64,000 nt of DNA from Guptibacillus hwajinpoensis (GTDB lineage: Bacteria > Bacillota > Bacilli > Bacillales > Bacillaceae_O). Below, piece after piece: positions 30,864 to 41,642 of this stretch. Position 1 is the first letter of the stretch; each line of letters starts with the position of its first letter. Under the pieces are notes generated by a model. That model worked only from the letters and a program-made list of their open reading frames with translations, did not search any database and was not told the origin of the DNA. The DNA is taken from contig JAENYN010000020.1 of the NCBI GenBank assembly GCA_016841765.1, forward strand, positions 3,655 to 67,654, written 5' to 3'. The translations under genes and the position numbers were made by a program.

Positions 30864-31670
30864 ATGCGAACTTTAATAGCGGCCATAATCGTTATTGGCA
30901 TGATTGCAGGCTCTTATTCCGCATTGGCTGCGGGAACGGGTGAATCCGATGACAAGCAGGCGGAACAGCTGAATAAACTTGCCGATCAGGCCCTTATGCT
31001 TGCCAGGCAGGGGCGGTACGGGGAATCAAGGCGGATACTCGATCATTTTTCCGATCGTTTTATGGACGACCCGTCAGCATCCGGGCGTTTTGATATGTAT
31101 GAACTGAAAGTGGCAGTAACTGCTCAACAGCAGGCAATGGATGCCCTCACCAGGGTTCAGTTCCCCCATGAAGAACGGGTACAGGCAGTGACGCAGTTCC
31201 GTTTCGTTGTTGATGCCCTTTATTCGGAACACCAACCGCTCTGGATGAAAATGAAAGGAACAATCCTTGGCGATTTGCAGGAACTGAAAGCAGCGGCCAT
31301 CAAAGAGGACCATCAACAATACCAGCAGCGGTTAAACCACTTTATTGCGGATTATACTGTCATCCATCCGGCCCTTTCCCTGGACCGGCCGGGAGATGAC
31401 GTACAAGTTCTGCACTCATATATCACTCATTTGGAAAATGAAAGAATGACAGACACATTGTATCAGGAAAAGATCAGCCAACTTGCTGACCTTGAAGCTT
31501 CACTTGCCGGGTTATTTTCAGAGCCTGAACGGGACAATGCCGATCCATCCCTGTTTGCGGTCATTTACTCCATCGGAGGAGTCATCCTGTCCGCATTATT
31601 TTACGCCGGTTGGAAAAAATACCGGGCAGAGAGGAATAGGCGGCCTCATCGCCGGAAATCAAACGATTGA
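30864..31670 (+). CDS. Sporulation protein YpjB-like
   Basis: Signal peptide, a C-terminal TM anchor and a basic tail. 268 aa. Syntenic with B. subtilis ypjB. A CATACGAT (sigma-E -10-like) sequence lies 35 nt upstream. Confidence 0.8.
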   Translation: MRTLIAAIIVIGMIAGSYSALAAGTGESDDKQAEQLNKLADQALMLARQGRYGESRRILDHFSDRFMDDPSASGRFDMYELKVAVTAQQQAMDALTRVQFPHEERVQAVTQFRFVVDALYSEHQPLWMKMKGTILGDLQELKAAAIKEDHQQYQQRLNHFIADYTVIHPALSLDRPGDDVQVLHSYITHLENERMTDTLYQEKISQLADLEASLAGLFSEPERDNADPSLFAVIYSIGGVILSALFYAGWKKYRAERNRRPHRRKSND

Positions 31671-31746
31671 CGGACGAAGTGCCTTACATTAAAATAATAT
31701 TAAACAAAGTTCTACCTAACATACTAAATGACGGAGGAATGCATAA

Positions 31747-32424
31747 GTGGGAATGTACCTGATTTACTTTGCCCTGTTGATGATTATCCCCCTTTGGGCA
31801 CAGAGCAAGGTGAAAAGTGCTTACCGAAAATATTCTCAAGTACCAAACTCAACTGGAATGACAGGTGCGGAAGTCGCTAGGAAAATCCTTGATGACAACG
31901 GCCTTTATGATGTACAAATACGTGAAACCCCGGGAAAGCTATCCGACCACTATGACCCGCGCAATAAAACGGTCAACCTTTCAAGCGGCATATACAGCGG
32001 CAGATCGCTCGCGAGCGCTGCGGTCGCTTCACACGAAGTCGGCCATGCCCTCCAGGATGCCGATGATTATGCGTTCATGAGAGTCCGGCATGCACTCGTG
32101 CCGGTTGCGAACCTCGGTTCGAACTTTTCGTTTTTCCTCATTCTGGCCGGTATTATTTTCCAGGCGACCGGAATGTTCCTGCTCGGCATCATCTTCATGT
32201 CGTTCGCAGTCTTGTTCCAGGTCGTCACGCTGCCAGTTGAATTTAATGCGTCCAACCGGGCGATGGAACAAATCGTTTCCGTCGGCGCAATCCGTAACGA
32301 TGAGGAGCGGAACACGAAGAAAGTGCTGAATGCGGCGGCATTGACATATGTTGCAGCGGCGCTTGTCGCGGTATTGGAACTTTTGAGATTTGTGCTTATG
32401 TTTGCAGGCATGAGCGAAGATTAA
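31747..32424 (+). CDS. Membrane zinc metallopeptidase (YugP-like, Zn_peptidase_2)
   Basis: HEVGHALQD zincin motif between an N-terminal TM segment and C-terminal TM segments. 225 aa. Not at this locus in B. subtilis. Confidence 0.85.
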   Translation: MGMYLIYFALLMIIPLWAQSKVKSAYRKYSQVPNSTGMTGAEVARKILDDNGLYDVQIRETPGKLSDHYDPRNKTVNLSSGIYSGRSLASAAVASHEVGHALQDADDYAFMRVRHALVPVANLGSNFSFFLILAGIIFQATGMFLLGIIFMSFAVLFQVVTLPVEFNASNRAMEQIVSVGAIRNDEERNTKKVLNAAALTYVAAALVAVLELLRFVLMFAGMSED

Positions 32425-32438
32425 GGATAAGAGCGCTG

Positions 32439-32469
32439 GAAAGCCCCTGAGCAATCAGGGGCTTTTTCA
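32439..32469. terminator. Bidirectional terminator between the peptidase and ypjC-like genes
   Basis: Stem aaagcccctga/tcaggggcttt, loop gcaa, flanked by A/T runs. Confidence 0.75.
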
Positions 32470-32564
32470 TTGGTAAGGAAATTATTAAATTTGTATGGAT
32501 ATAAAACCAGAAGTCATCCAGCTCAGGCGCCAGCGGCTATCGTCATCAGCGGTGATCGCCGCCA

Positions 32565-33440
32565 TCAATGTTCCAGCGGATTTTTGTTTTCATCAAGAGT
32601 GAACCCTTCGCCCATTACATCATGGACATCACCGACTGCGACAAAGGCGTGAGGGTCAACGGAGTGGATCACATTCTTCAACCTCACGATCTCATTCCGC
32701 CCGACCACACAGTAAAGGACCTGGCGTTCTTCGCCAGTATAAGTGCCTTTTCCGTTAAAAAGGGTGGCCCCCCTGTCAAGCTCTTTGATGATTCTGGCCG
32801 CGATTTCTTCCGTTTGATTGGAAATGATCGTCGCGCCTCTTGCTGCATACGCCCCCTCCTGCATGAAATCAATGACACGGGCACCGACAAATACGGCGAC
32901 AATCGTATACATCGCCTCCCGGTAATCGAGATAAAGAATGAATGAGGCTGCAATGACACATAGATCAAAGAGAAACATCGTTTTGCCCATGCTCCAGCCG
33001 ACATACTTATGTACGATTCTTGCGATGATATCCACACCGCCCGTTGTCCCCCCGAACCGGAAAATGATGCCGAGGCCGATTCCGATGAAAACGCCCGCAA
33101 ACAGGGCGGCGAGTGTAAGGTCGTGCTGCAGCGGCATAGAAACCACTTCGTATTTTTGAAAAATGAAGAGGAATACAGATACGGAAACCGTTCCGATGAT
33201 CGTATAATAAAAAACATTTTTCCCCAGCAATTTCCAGCCTACGAAAAAGAGCGGTGCGTTGAGTAACAGGTTGGAAATAGCGGGATCGATGCTGAACAGA
33301 AAGTATAACAGCAGGGTGATCCCGGTGAAACCGCCTTCGGCCAGATTGTTTTCCATATTGAAGTAGACAAGTCCGAAGGAGAGAATTGCAGCACCTAGAA
33401 TGATGAATAGGATGTTTTTAGTTTTGAGCTTTGGTAGCAT
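32565..33440 (-). CDS. YitT-family membrane protein (UPF0750, DUF2179), YpjC-like
   Basis: 291 aa. 5-6 TM segments plus a C-terminal soluble DUF2179-like domain (GATIISNQ...YCVVGRNEIVRLK). SD aaggggg. Confidence 0.88.
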   Translation of the reverse strand: MLPKLKTKNILFIILGAAILSFGLVYFNMENNLAEGGFTGITLLLYFLFSIDPAISNLLLNAPLFFVGWKLLGKNVFYYTIIGTVSVSVFLFIFQKYEVVSMPLQHDLTLAALFAGVFIGIGLGIIFRFGGTTGGVDIIARIVHKYVGWSMGKTMFLFDLCVIAASFILYLDYREAMYTIVAVFVGARVIDFMQEGAYAARGATIISNQTEEIAARIIKELDRGATLFNGKGTYTGEERQVLYCVVGRNEIVRLKNVIHSVDPHAFVAVGDVHDVMGEGFTLDENKNPLEH

Positions 33441-33587
33441 GAACGAACCCCCTTGAGTAAGAAAGACATCATTATCAGTTTAAACGTTCCGTTTTTAAAA
33501 ACAAGCCCTTATTAAGATCTCTTTGCTTTCTTCTTATTTGTCAAACGGTTATGTTTTGGCTAACATAAAAAGGGAGAATGCATAGGG

Positions 33588-33938
33588 GTGAAAAACGTGG
33601 CGAAAAAAACAATGGAAGACATGCAAAAGGAAGTTGACGATTATATCGGCCAGTTCAAAGAAGGCTATTTCAGCCCGCTTGCCATGATGGCGCGCCTTTC
33701 AGAGGAGCTCGGAGAACTGGCCCGGGAAGTGAACCATACATACGGGGAAAAGCCGAAAAAAGATACTGAAGCGGAAAATACAATCGAACAGGAAATGGGC
33801 GATGTGCTTTTCGTACTGATCAGTTTTGCGAATTCACTTGAAATCAATCTTGATGAAGCATTTGATATTGTAATGGAAAAATTCAGGACACGGGATGAAA
33901 ACCGCTGGACACGATATGATGAAGAAGGAGTCGATTGA
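33588..33938 (+). CDS. MazG-like nucleotide pyrophosphohydrolase YpjD
   Basis: [39 protein letters not shown] closely matches B. subtilis YpjD. The start could be GTG 33588 or GTG 33597. Confidence 0.9.
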   Translation: MKNVAKKTMEDMQKEVDDYIGQFKEGYFSPLAMMARLSEELGELAREVNHTYGEKPKKDTEAENTIEQEMGDVLFVLISFANSLEINLDEAFDIVMEKFRTRDENRWTRYDEEGVD

Positions 33939-33939
33939 G

Positions 33940-34740
33940 ATGGATACGATAAAGATAATTCTGGCCGGCCCGCGCGGCAGAATGGGACGGGCAGCTGTCG
34001 GGTTGATAGAAAACACGGATCATTTTGAATTGGCGGCTGCTGTTGACCGGAAAAATGACGGAAAAATGCTCGGTGAACTGGATGGAATGCCCGCGCTTGA
34101 AGCCCGCATTTATGAAGACATCGATCAATGTCTATCAGAAACGGAAGCTGACGTTCTGATCGATTTGACCACGCCGGAAGTCGGCAGACGTCATGCGGAG
34201 GCAGCACTGCGGCATGGTGTTTGCCCGGTAGTCGGGACGACGGGTTTTTCGCGCAGTGATATAGACGAGCTGACAACCCTTGCCGAAGAACGGGGAACAG
34301 GTGCCATCATTGCGCCAAACTTTGCTGTAGGCGCTGTATTGATGATGAAGTTCGCCCGGATGGCTGCCAGGTATTTCCCTGACGTGGAAATCATTGAAAA
34401 ACATCACGACCGGAAACTTGATGCGCCGTCAGGCACGGCCGTCAAGACCGCTGAACTGATCAGTGAGATCAGGGAACCGAAGAAACAGGGACACCCGGAT
34501 GAAAAAGAAACACTTGAGGGGGCCAGGGGCGCGTCTTATGACGGAATCCCGATTCACAGCGTACGGCTTCCGGGTTTGCTCGCACACCAGGAGGTCCTGT
34601 TCGGGAGTGCCGGGCAGACCTTGACCATCAAGCACGATTCTTATGACAGGGGGTCGTTCATGTCCGGTGTGAAAGTGGCTGTCGAAACAGTAAGGCAGCT
34701 CGACACACTTGTCTACGGCCTTGAAAATATTCTGGAATGA
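33940..34740 (+). CDS. dapB: 4-hydroxy-tetrahydrodipicolinate reductase
   Basis: [13 protein letters not shown] Rossmann motif, [15 protein letters not shown] signature. ATG 33940 gives 266 aa. Confidence 0.96.
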   Translation: MDTIKIILAGPRGRMGRAAVGLIENTDHFELAAAVDRKNDGKMLGELDGMPALEARIYEDIDQCLSETEADVLIDLTTPEVGRRHAEAALRHGVCPVVGTTGFSRSDIDELTTLAEERGTGAIIAPNFAVGAVLMMKFARMAARYFPDVEIIEKHHDRKLDAPSGTAVKTAELISEIREPKKQGHPDEKETLEGARGASYDGIPIHSVRLPGLLAHQEVLFGSAGQTLTIKHDSYDRGSFMSGVKVAVETVRQLDTLVYGLENILE

Positions 34741-34761
34741 CAGTGTAAAGGGGGATGGGGC

Positions 34762-35172
34762 ATGAACATCGCATTAATTGCCCACGATAAAAAGAAACAG
34801 GAAATTATTCAATTCGCGATAGCATATAAACAGGTCCTTGCTCAACACACCCTGTATGCAACCGGCACTACAGGAAAGAAAATCATAGAAGCGACGGGGC
34901 TTGATATTACCAGATTCGCGTCCGGTCCGCTTGGGGGCGACCAGCAGATTGGCGCAATGATTGCCAAAAACGATATGGATATGATCCTGTTTTTCCGGGA
35001 TCCGCTTACGGCACAGCCCCATGAACCGGACGTATCCGCTTTGCTAAGGCTCTGTGACGTGTATGGAATACCGCTTGCCACGAACCTGGGCACAGCCGAA
35101 ATATTGATAAAGGGCCTAAAAAGAGGCGACATGAACTGGCGTAACATTGCTCATGGGACGGATGTGTATTGA
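34762..35172 (+). CDS. mgsA: Methylglyoxal synthase
   Basis: 136 aa. [18 protein letters not shown] and DPL..QPHEPDV motifs. Confidence 0.96.
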   Translation: MNIALIAHDKKKQEIIQFAIAYKQVLAQHTLYATGTTGKKIIEATGLDITRFASGPLGGDQQIGAMIAKNDMDMILFFRDPLTAQPHEPDVSALLRLCDVYGIPLATNLGTAEILIKGLKRGDMNWRNIAHGTDVY

Positions 35173-35275
35173 AACGGGAAAAAGAGTCGCCGCTTCCGGA
35201 TCCATTACTAAAACGCAGTATTTTTTCCGCGGCTTGACATTGTTTTGAATGAAAAGGATTGGTTTGGTGATATGG

Positions 35276-36421
35276 ATGAAATTGAAGATTGGCATAACTT
35301 GCTATCCGACCGTGGGCGGATCGGGGATTGTTGCGACGGAATTGGGAAAATTGCTTGCCCAGCGCGGGCATGAAATTCACTTTATAACATCAGATGTCCC
35401 GTTCAGACTGGACAGGCTGTATCCCAATATTTATTTTCATGAAGTTGAAGTCAATCAATATTCAGTGTTCAAATATGCTCCGTATGATATATCGCTGGCG
35501 AGTAAAATGGCGGAAGTGGCCAAACGGGAAGGACTGGACTTGCTTCATGTCCATTATGCTGTACCACATGCTATAAGCGCAATTCTGGCCAGGGAAATGA
35601 CCGGCGGCAAGCTGAAGGTCGTAACCACTTTGCATGGGACCGATATCACTGTGCTCGGGGAAGACCCATCGCTCAGCGAAGCCATCCGGTTTGGGATCGA
35701 ACGCTCTGATGCCGTGACAGCCGTAAGCAGGGCACTTATCGGACAGACAAGGGAAATGCTGGGGACAGATAAACCGATTACGCCGATCCATAACTTTGTC
35801 GATGAACGGGAATACCATCCCCGGAAACGGGAAGGCCTCAAGGCTGACTATGGGATATTGCCGCATGAGAAGGTAATCGTCCATATTTCGAATTTCAGGC
35901 ATGTCAAACGGGTGCCTGACGTCATCCGGCTTTTCAAGAATATCGTCCTTAACATGCCGGCACGTCTTCTGCTGATCGGTGACGGCCCGGAATATTCCAC
36001 GGTAAGCAGCCTTGTAAGCGAACTCGGGTTGAAAGACCACGTCCTGTTTCTAGGCAAACAGGAAAATGTGGCAGAACTGCTATCTGTCAGCGACTTAATG
36101 CTGCTGCTATCACAAAAGGAAAGTTTCGGACTGGTGCTTCTTGAAGCGATGGCTTGCGGCGTGCCGTGCATAGGGACAAATATTGGCGGCATCCCAGAAA
36201 TCATTGAACACGGCAGTAACGGCTACATAATCGCACCAGGTGATATTGGGGCGGGAACCGATTATGCCCTCGAGCTGCTGCAAAACCGCGATCTGCATAG
36301 CCGCTTCCGGCAGGCCGCCCTCAATACGGTTGAACAAAAGTTCCATTCAGGGGCCATTGTGGATCAATATGAAAACGTTTATTACGAAACGCTCGGCGGC
36401 TGCCCGACGGAGGAAAAATGA
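35276..36421 (+). CDS. bshA: N-acetyl-alpha-D-glucosaminyl L-malate synthase (bacillithiol glycosyltransferase)
   Basis: GT4 fold. [26 protein letters not shown]-terminus and [19 protein letters not shown]. 381 aa from ATG 35276. Confidence 0.92.
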   Translation: MKLKIGITCYPTVGGSGIVATELGKLLAQRGHEIHFITSDVPFRLDRLYPNIYFHEVEVNQYSVFKYAPYDISLASKMAEVAKREGLDLLHVHYAVPHAISAILAREMTGGKLKVVTTLHGTDITVLGEDPSLSEAIRFGIERSDAVTAVSRALIGQTREMLGTDKPITPIHNFVDEREYHPRKREGLKADYGILPHEKVIVHISNFRHVKRVPDVIRLFKNIVLNMPARLLLIGDGPEYSTVSSLVSELGLKDHVLFLGKQENVAELLSVSDLMLLLSQKESFGLVLLEAMACGVPCIGTNIGGIPEIIEHGSNGYIIAPGDIGAGTDYALELLQNRDLHSRFRQAALNTVEQKFHSGAIVDQYENVYYETLGGCPTEEK

Positions 36422-37617
36422 TGAACAGCGTGTTTAAAATTCCAGCGGTGATTATCGATCGCCTGGCCGAAAACGGATATGAAGCGTATTTTGTAGGCGG
36501 GTCGGTGCGTGATATGCTCCTTGGGCGTGAAATCGGGGATGTTGATATCGCCACTTCTGCAAAGCCCCATGAAGTCATCCGGCTGTTTGACAAAACCCTG
36601 CCGATAGGGATTGAACACGGTACGGTTGTCGTTGAACAAGCGGGACGATTTTTTGAAGTGACCACCTTCCGGACGGATGGTGACTACCTCGATTTCCGCA
36701 GACCTTCCGAAGTGCAATTTGTGTCATCCTTGAAGGAAGATTTACAGAGAAGGGACTTTACCATTAATGCGATCGCCCTTACGAAAGAAGGCGAAATCAT
36801 TGATCCTTTTAATGGCAGGGCCGATCTCAAACAGAAACGGATCTGCACGGTGGGAAAACCCTCGGAAAGGTTTTCCGAAGATGCATTGCGGATGATGAGG
36901 GCTCTGCGGTTTTCAAGCCAGCTCGATTTCAAGGTGGAAGAGGAAACGGCAAAAGCCATTGCCCGCCATGCAGAAATGTTGAAGCACATTGCAGTTGAAC
37001 GGATTTTGGTTGAATTTGATAAGCTGCTCCTTGGTGTGAACAGGAAGGATGCTTTACGGATGCTTGCCGTTACCGGTTTATCTGAATCACTCCCGGGGTT
37101 TGCCGGACATGGCGATGTTCTGCAGCGGACGGCAGCGTGCCGCCTTGAGGAATTGACAGAGCTTGCCGAAATTTGGACGGTCCTTTTTCACTTTCTCGGT
37201 AATCGCGATTTGCAAAAACTGTTTAACAAGTTGAAGTTTCCAAAAAGGCGAAGAAAAGAGATCTTAATTCTCCTTGATGCCGTTCATGCTGCATCATCCG
37301 ATGGCTGGTCAGATTGGCTGCTGTACAAACTTGGCCGCTCTTATACAGAATCGGCGATTAAAGTGGATGCGGCGTTATCCGGTGAATCTGCGAGTCCTGT
37401 TCTTGCCGAAACATCCAGAAGGTATAGCGCACTGCCTGTTCATTCACGGGATGAACTTGAGCTTGACGGCGGGGATTTGATGGCTTGGAGTGATAAACGT
37501 CCGGGGCCCTGGATCGAAACAGCACTCTCGAGTGCCGAAAAAGCGGTAGTGGAACGCAAACTGGGTAACAACCGAGCAGAAATGAAGGAGTGGCTGAAAC
37601 GATGCAACCTGCTTTAA
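36418..37617 (+). CDS. cca: CCA-adding tRNA nucleotidyltransferase
   Basis: YFVGGSVRD...GDVDIAT polymerase-beta motif and RDFTINA. The start overlaps the bshA stop (ATGATG). Confidence 0.95.
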   Translation: MMNSVFKIPAVIIDRLAENGYEAYFVGGSVRDMLLGREIGDVDIATSAKPHEVIRLFDKTLPIGIEHGTVVVEQAGRFFEVTTFRTDGDYLDFRRPSEVQFVSSLKEDLQRRDFTINAIALTKEGEIIDPFNGRADLKQKRICTVGKPSERFSEDALRMMRALRFSSQLDFKVEEETAKAIARHAEMLKHIAVERILVEFDKLLLGVNRKDALRMLAVTGLSESLPGFAGHGDVLQRTAACRLEELTELAEIWTVLFHFLGNRDLQKLFNKLKFPKRRRKEILILLDAVHAASSDGWSDWLLYKLGRSYTESAIKVDAALSGESASPVLAETSRRYSALPVHSRDELELDGGDLMAWSDKRPGPWIETALSSAEKAVVERKLGNNRAEMKEWLKRCNLL

Positions 37618-38588
37618 AAGAAACATTGATGAACATGTTCGCGGACAGGCCCGGTGATTTCATCTCAGGCCAGCAAATATCAGAAGAATTGGGATGCTCG
37701 AGAACAGCAGTCTGGAAATATATCGAGGCTCTCAGAAAAGAGGGGTTCCGGCTCGAAGCAGTTCCGCGCAAAGGGTACCGGATGACAGCTTTTCCTGAAA
37801 CGCTGTCAGGAAGCGCTATCCGTTTCGGCCTAAAAACGGCAATAATCGGAAAGGCTGTGGAAGTCCACGAATCGCTGCCATCAACCCAGAAAACCGCACA
37901 TATCCGTTCGAACGAGGGGGCGGAAGAGGGTACGGTGGTCGCAGCGGATAAACAGACGGCAGGCCGCGGCCGCTTAAACCGCAGTTGGGATTCAATAGCG
38001 GGAAAAGGGATCTGGATGAGCATCATACTGCGCCCGGATATCCCGCCGCGCCAGGCTCCGCAATTAACCCTGCTCGCCGCAGCGGCTGTCAGGAAAGGGA
38101 TACAAAAAGCGACCGGCATCACTTGTGACATCAAGTGGCCGAATGACCTGCTGGTGGACGGCCGGAAGGTGGCAGGTATTTTGACAGAGCTGCAGGCTGA
38201 CCCGGACAGGGTTCAGGCCGTCATTATCGGCATCGGTATAAATGTGAATCACGGCCGCGGCGACTTCCCTGCCGAACTTCAGGAAAAAGCAGGATCCCTT
38301 GCCGCGGAAGGAGAGGTGCAGTTCAACAGGAATAGGGTCATTGCCCGTATCCTGGAAGAATTGGAATCACTCTATTTCCTTTTTTTGAAAGAAGGCTTTG
38401 CGCCTGTTAAAAAGGCATGGGAAGAAGGGGCGGTAAGCATCGGCAGAAAAATTACGGCCACAACTGTCACCGATGCAATCACAGGCTATGCGGTCGGCAT
38501 AACAGGTGATGGCGTTCTCCTCCTCAAAGATGAAGAAGGTACCATCCATCAGATTTATTCGGCAGACATTGAAATTGTACCCAGATAA
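37602..38588 (+). CDS. birA: Bifunctional biotin-protein ligase / biotin operon repressor
   Basis: N-terminal wHTH (ISGQQISEELGCSRTAVWKYIEALR), GRGRLNRSW biotin-binding loop and KWPNDL. ATG 37602 follows SD aaggag. Confidence 0.95.
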   Translation: MQPALKETLMNMFADRPGDFISGQQISEELGCSRTAVWKYIEALRKEGFRLEAVPRKGYRMTAFPETLSGSAIRFGLKTAIIGKAVEVHESLPSTQKTAHIRSNEGAEEGTVVAADKQTAGRGRLNRSWDSIAGKGIWMSIILRPDIPPRQAPQLTLLAAAAVRKGIQKATGITCDIKWPNDLLVDGRKVAGILTELQADPDRVQAVIIGIGINVNHGRGDFPAELQEKAGSLAAEGEVQFNRNRVIARILEELESLYFLFLKEGFAPVKKAWEEGAVSIGRKITATTVTDAITGYAVGITGDGVLLLKDEEGTIHQIYSADIEIVPR

Positions 38589-38746
38589 TCGGGAATCTGT
38601 TATACTACATTTAGCCGGGCAGTATCAAATATGAACTGCACCGCTCGACAGCTTTATCAATTTCATAGGCTTTATCAGGGATATTCTGCCTTGATCCAAA
38701 AAATGGACTGGGACAGAGGGATGATTACCGAATGCTTATTTAGTCA

Positions 38747-38786
38747 CGCCTTCTTCCAGCCGGAAGAAGGCGTTTTTCGGTTGTTT
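38747..38786 (+). terminator. Intrinsic terminator (birA terminator and/or panBCD leader attenuator)
   Basis: 11-bp stem cgccttcttcc/ggaagaaggcg, loop agcc, then tttttcggttgttt. It lies 160 nt after birA and 35 nt before panB. Confidence 0.8.
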
Positions 38787-38821
38787 CATCTTTCTCGCTC
38801 CCAAAGAGGAGGAGGAAAGAT

Positions 38822-39661
38822 ATGAAAGGAACAAAGGAATTCATGAAAATGAAAATCGGAAGTGAGCCGATTGTCATGGTAACCGCTTACGATTATCCAT
38901 CGGCAAAACTTGTGGAAGAAGCCGGCGCAGATGTTATTCTTGTCGGTGATTCTCTCGGAATGGTCGTTCTCGGTTATGAATCAACCGTGCCTGTCACGCT
39001 CGATGATATGATTCATCATACGAAAGCCGTGAAGCGCGGTGCCCCGGACACTTATGTTGTCACGGACATGCCTTTTATGAGTTACCATGCCTCCCGTGAG
39101 GATACGATGAAAAATGCCTGCAGAATCATTCAGGAAAGTGGTGCCAATGCTCTGAAGCTCGAAGGCGGCGGTGAGGTGATATCTGTGATCCGGACGCTGA
39201 CTGATGCAGGTGTGCCGGTCGTCGCCCATCTGGGGCTGACACCGCAATCGGTCGGGGTGCTCGGCGGTTATGGTGTACAGGGAAAAGATGCAGAATCCGC
39301 CCGGCGCCTAATGGAGGATGCCAGGGCTGTTGAAGCGGCGGGAGCGATGATGCTTGTCCTCGAAGCCGTACCGAAACAGCTCTCAAGAGCGGTGACCGAA
39401 TCGCTTTCGATACCTGTCATCGGGATTGGCGCCGGCCGTGATACAGACGGACAGGTTCTTGTCTACCATGATGTCATTTCATATGGTGTGGAACGGGTGC
39501 CCCGATTTGCAAAACGTTATGCCGATGTGAATTCGGAAATAAAAAATGGGATATCGCGATTTGCGGAAGAAGTGAAAAACCGTGAGTTTCCGGGTGAAGA
39601 GCATAGTTTCACAATGAAAAGCGAGCAATTGTCCGCACTGTACGGAGGCCGGCAGGAATGA
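38822..39661 (+). CDS. panB: 3-methyl-2-oxobutanoate hydroxymethyltransferase
   Basis: 279 aa. [27 protein letters not shown] and the rest colinear with B. subtilis PanB. SD agaggaggagg. Confidence 0.97.
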   Translation: MKGTKEFMKMKIGSEPIVMVTAYDYPSAKLVEEAGADVILVGDSLGMVVLGYESTVPVTLDDMIHHTKAVKRGAPDTYVVTDMPFMSYHASREDTMKNACRIIQESGANALKLEGGGEVISVIRTLTDAGVPVVAHLGLTPQSVGVLGGYGVQGKDAESARRLMEDARAVEAAGAMMLVLEAVPKQLSRAVTESLSIPVIGIGAGRDTDGQVLVYHDVISYGVERVPRFAKRYADVNSEIKNGISRFAEEVKNREFPGEEHSFTMKSEQLSALYGGRQE

Positions 39662-40506
39662 AAGTGATCAAGACTATAGCTGAAATGCAGCAAGAGATGA
39701 AGGGACAGAGGAGAAGCGGCCGGGAAATAGGCTTTGTCCCGACTATGGGTTATTTGCATGAAGGGCATCTGGCACTCATAGAATCAGCCGCCAAAGAAAA
39801 CGGCATCGTTGTGCTGAGCATTTTCGTCAATCCACTCCAATTCGGGCCGGCAGAAGATTACGGTGCATATCCGCGTGATTTTGAGCGGGATGAGAAGCTT
39901 GCTGGGGAAGCCGGCGTGGATTATGTGTTTTATCCGGATGTAAAGGAAATGTACCCTTCGGAAATGAGGGTATCTGTAACGGTAGAAAAGCGTACGGATG
40001 TCATGTGCGGCCGTACACGCCCGGGCCATTTTGACGGTGTGGCGACAGTTCTGATCAAACTATTCAATATCATCATGCCGGACAGGAGTTATTTCGGCTT
40101 GAAAGACGCACAGCAGGTGGCGGTTGTGAAAGGGCTTGTTGAAGATCTCAATTTTCAGGTGGAAATCAGGGAAGTGGGGATTGTCAGGGAGGAAGACGGC
40201 CTTGCGAAAAGTTCGCGTAATGTGCGCCTCACGAAAGAGGAACGAAATGAGGCGCCGGCCATCTACAGTGCATTGAAGGCGGGAGAGGAAAAAGTAAAGG
40301 CGGGTGGATATGATTCAGCATCCATCACGGAAAGTGTAAAGCATGAAATCGAAAACAGGACGAGCGGGTCCGTCGATTATGTTGAAATTTACAAGTATCC
40401 TGAGCTTGTCCCACCGGAAACCCTGTCCGGAAAACTGATTCTGGCGGCGGCTGTCAAATTCTCAGCTGCGCGCCTTATCGATAATGTGATCATCGAGATT
40501 AACTGA
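39658..40506 (+). CDS. panC: Pantoate-beta-alanine ligase
   Basis: [11 protein letters not shown] (HIGH-like) motif. 282 aa. ATGA overlap with panB. Confidence 0.97.
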   Translation: MKVIKTIAEMQQEMKGQRRSGREIGFVPTMGYLHEGHLALIESAAKENGIVVLSIFVNPLQFGPAEDYGAYPRDFERDEKLAGEAGVDYVFYPDVKEMYPSEMRVSVTVEKRTDVMCGRTRPGHFDGVATVLIKLFNIIMPDRSYFGLKDAQQVAVVKGLVEDLNFQVEIREVGIVREEDGLAKSSRNVRLTKEERNEAPAIYSALKAGEEKVKAGGYDSASITESVKHEIENRTSGSVDYVEIYKYPELVPPETLSGKLILAAAVKFSAARLIDNVIIEIN

Positions 40507-40521
40507 CCTAGGAGGATGAAA

Positions 40522-40905
40522 ATGTTCCGCACAATGATGAATGGGAAAATACATCGTGCTGTCGTAACAGAAGCGAACCTTGATTATGTAGGCAGCATAA
40601 CAATAGATGAAGATTTGCTTGACCGTGTCGGCATGACGGCAAATGAGAAAGTGCAGATTGTCAACAACAATAATGGCGCCCGTTTTGAAACATACATCAT
40701 TCCCGGTGAACGGGGGAGCGGTGTGATTTGCCTGAATGGAGCGGCAGCCCGCCTTGTTCAAAAAGGCGATACGGTTATTATCATTTCATATGTCCTCGTA
40801 CCGGAGGAAAAAGTGAATGGACATGCCCCGAAAATCGCGATCATGAATGAAGACAACAGCATTCGTGAAATGATTGGGGCTGAACCGGAAGCAACAGTGC
40901 TGTAA
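40522..40905 (+). CDS. panD: Aspartate 1-decarboxylase (pyruvoyl-dependent)
   Basis: [32 protein letters not shown], including the Gly-Ser self-cleavage site. 127 aa from ATG 40522. Confidence 0.97.
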   Translation: MFRTMMNGKIHRAVVTEANLDYVGSITIDEDLLDRVGMTANEKVQIVNNNNGARFETYIIPGERGSGVICLNGAAARLVQKGDTVIIISYVLVPEEKVNGHAPKIAIMNEDNSIREMIGAEPEATVL

Positions 40906-40989
40906 CGTCCATTTCCGGCAATGTTGGTCACTGGATAAAGACAGTGATTTTTTGCTGATTGGTTTCCATAAATACCAGGCATAAAACAA

Positions 40990-41085
40990 AAGAGGCTGGG
41001 ACATAAGTATTTCAGCCAATGATAAACCCGAACGATTAGGTGAGGTTCAATGAATCTTTCCCCTGACCGTTCGGGTCTTTATTTA
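40990..41085 (+). repeat. Dispersed about 95-bp element, copy 2 (terminator-like hairpin after panD)
   Basis: Near-identical to 24250-24346. Stem cccgaacgat/accgttcggg (41027-41075) is followed by tctttattt. A partial third copy of the right half lies at about 41331-41365. Confidence 0.85.
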
Positions 41086-41296
41086 CTCTCTTCAATAAAT
41101 CTTTTAATTTTGCATACTATTTCTAAGGCTTTGTTAAACGTTAGTGTTGATTTCCGTTGCAGGTACTCGCTTTCCGCGGGGCGGGCGGTGAGCCTCCTCA
41201 TCGCTATCGCTCTTGCGGGGGTGCGAGACTCCTGCGGGACTAGCGGGACACATTGTTCGTCTCTAAGCATGACTTATTTAGGTATGTCCCAACCTC
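40992..41296. mobile_element. MITE-like non-coding element bounded by 14-bp imperfect inverted repeats
   Basis: gaggctgggacata (40992-41005) matches the reverse complement of tatgtcccaacctc (41283-41296) at 13/14. The interior holds the 95-bp element and a GC-rich module (41160-41250). No credible ORF. Confidence 0.3.
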
Positions 41297-41568
41297 AATC
41301 TTGTTAGTGTTGAAAAATAAAAAACTCCATTTTAATGAATCTTACCCTTCACGATTTCGTTCCGGGCATTCACAACTTATGATTCAGATCCCGCTGCCAT
41401 GCGGTCACACCAGAGTGTATTCTTCCCACCGGTCAAAATGGAGCAGCCCCGGGCATCTTTGTCCAGCAGGTGTGGGCAGGGCCTATTAAACATGTTAGGT
41501 GATCATGCCGTCACAGAAAACTTGATGCCCGCTCTCCCATAATGTACAGATCGGTACGGTAACTTCTT

Positions 41569-41597
41569 TTGAGTTTCTGACAAAGAAAAACTATAAT
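41569..41597 (+). promoter_or_regulatory. Sigma-A promoter candidate for dinG
   Basis: TTGAGT-17-TATAAT, 45 nt upstream of the GTG start. Confidence 0.45.
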
Positions 41598-41642
41598 GAA
41601 TCTAGCATATATTAGAGAGCAAAGATACCGGGGTGTCCTTAC

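Noticed and set aside
37358-38134. 258-aa minus-strand ORF. The same reasoning applies to 57972-58937 (+, 321 aa), 32684-33217 (-) and 33665-34276 (-).
   Set aside because: All are antisense shadows of well-supported genes (cca/birA, the MFS transporter, ypjC, ypjD/dapB). They lack ribosome-binding sites and family resemblance.
38631-38825. 64-aa ORF in the birA-panB spacer
   Set aside because: It has no SD and runs through the terminator hairpin. Its sequence is not protein-like. The region is better explained as a non-coding leader.
41050-41307. 85-aa (+) and 63-aa (-, 41079-41270) ORFs between panD and dinG
   Set aside because: They are mutually antisense and lie inside the GC-rich repeat module. 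I recall this type of ORF as a recurrent annotation artefact of a Bacillaceae repeat family.
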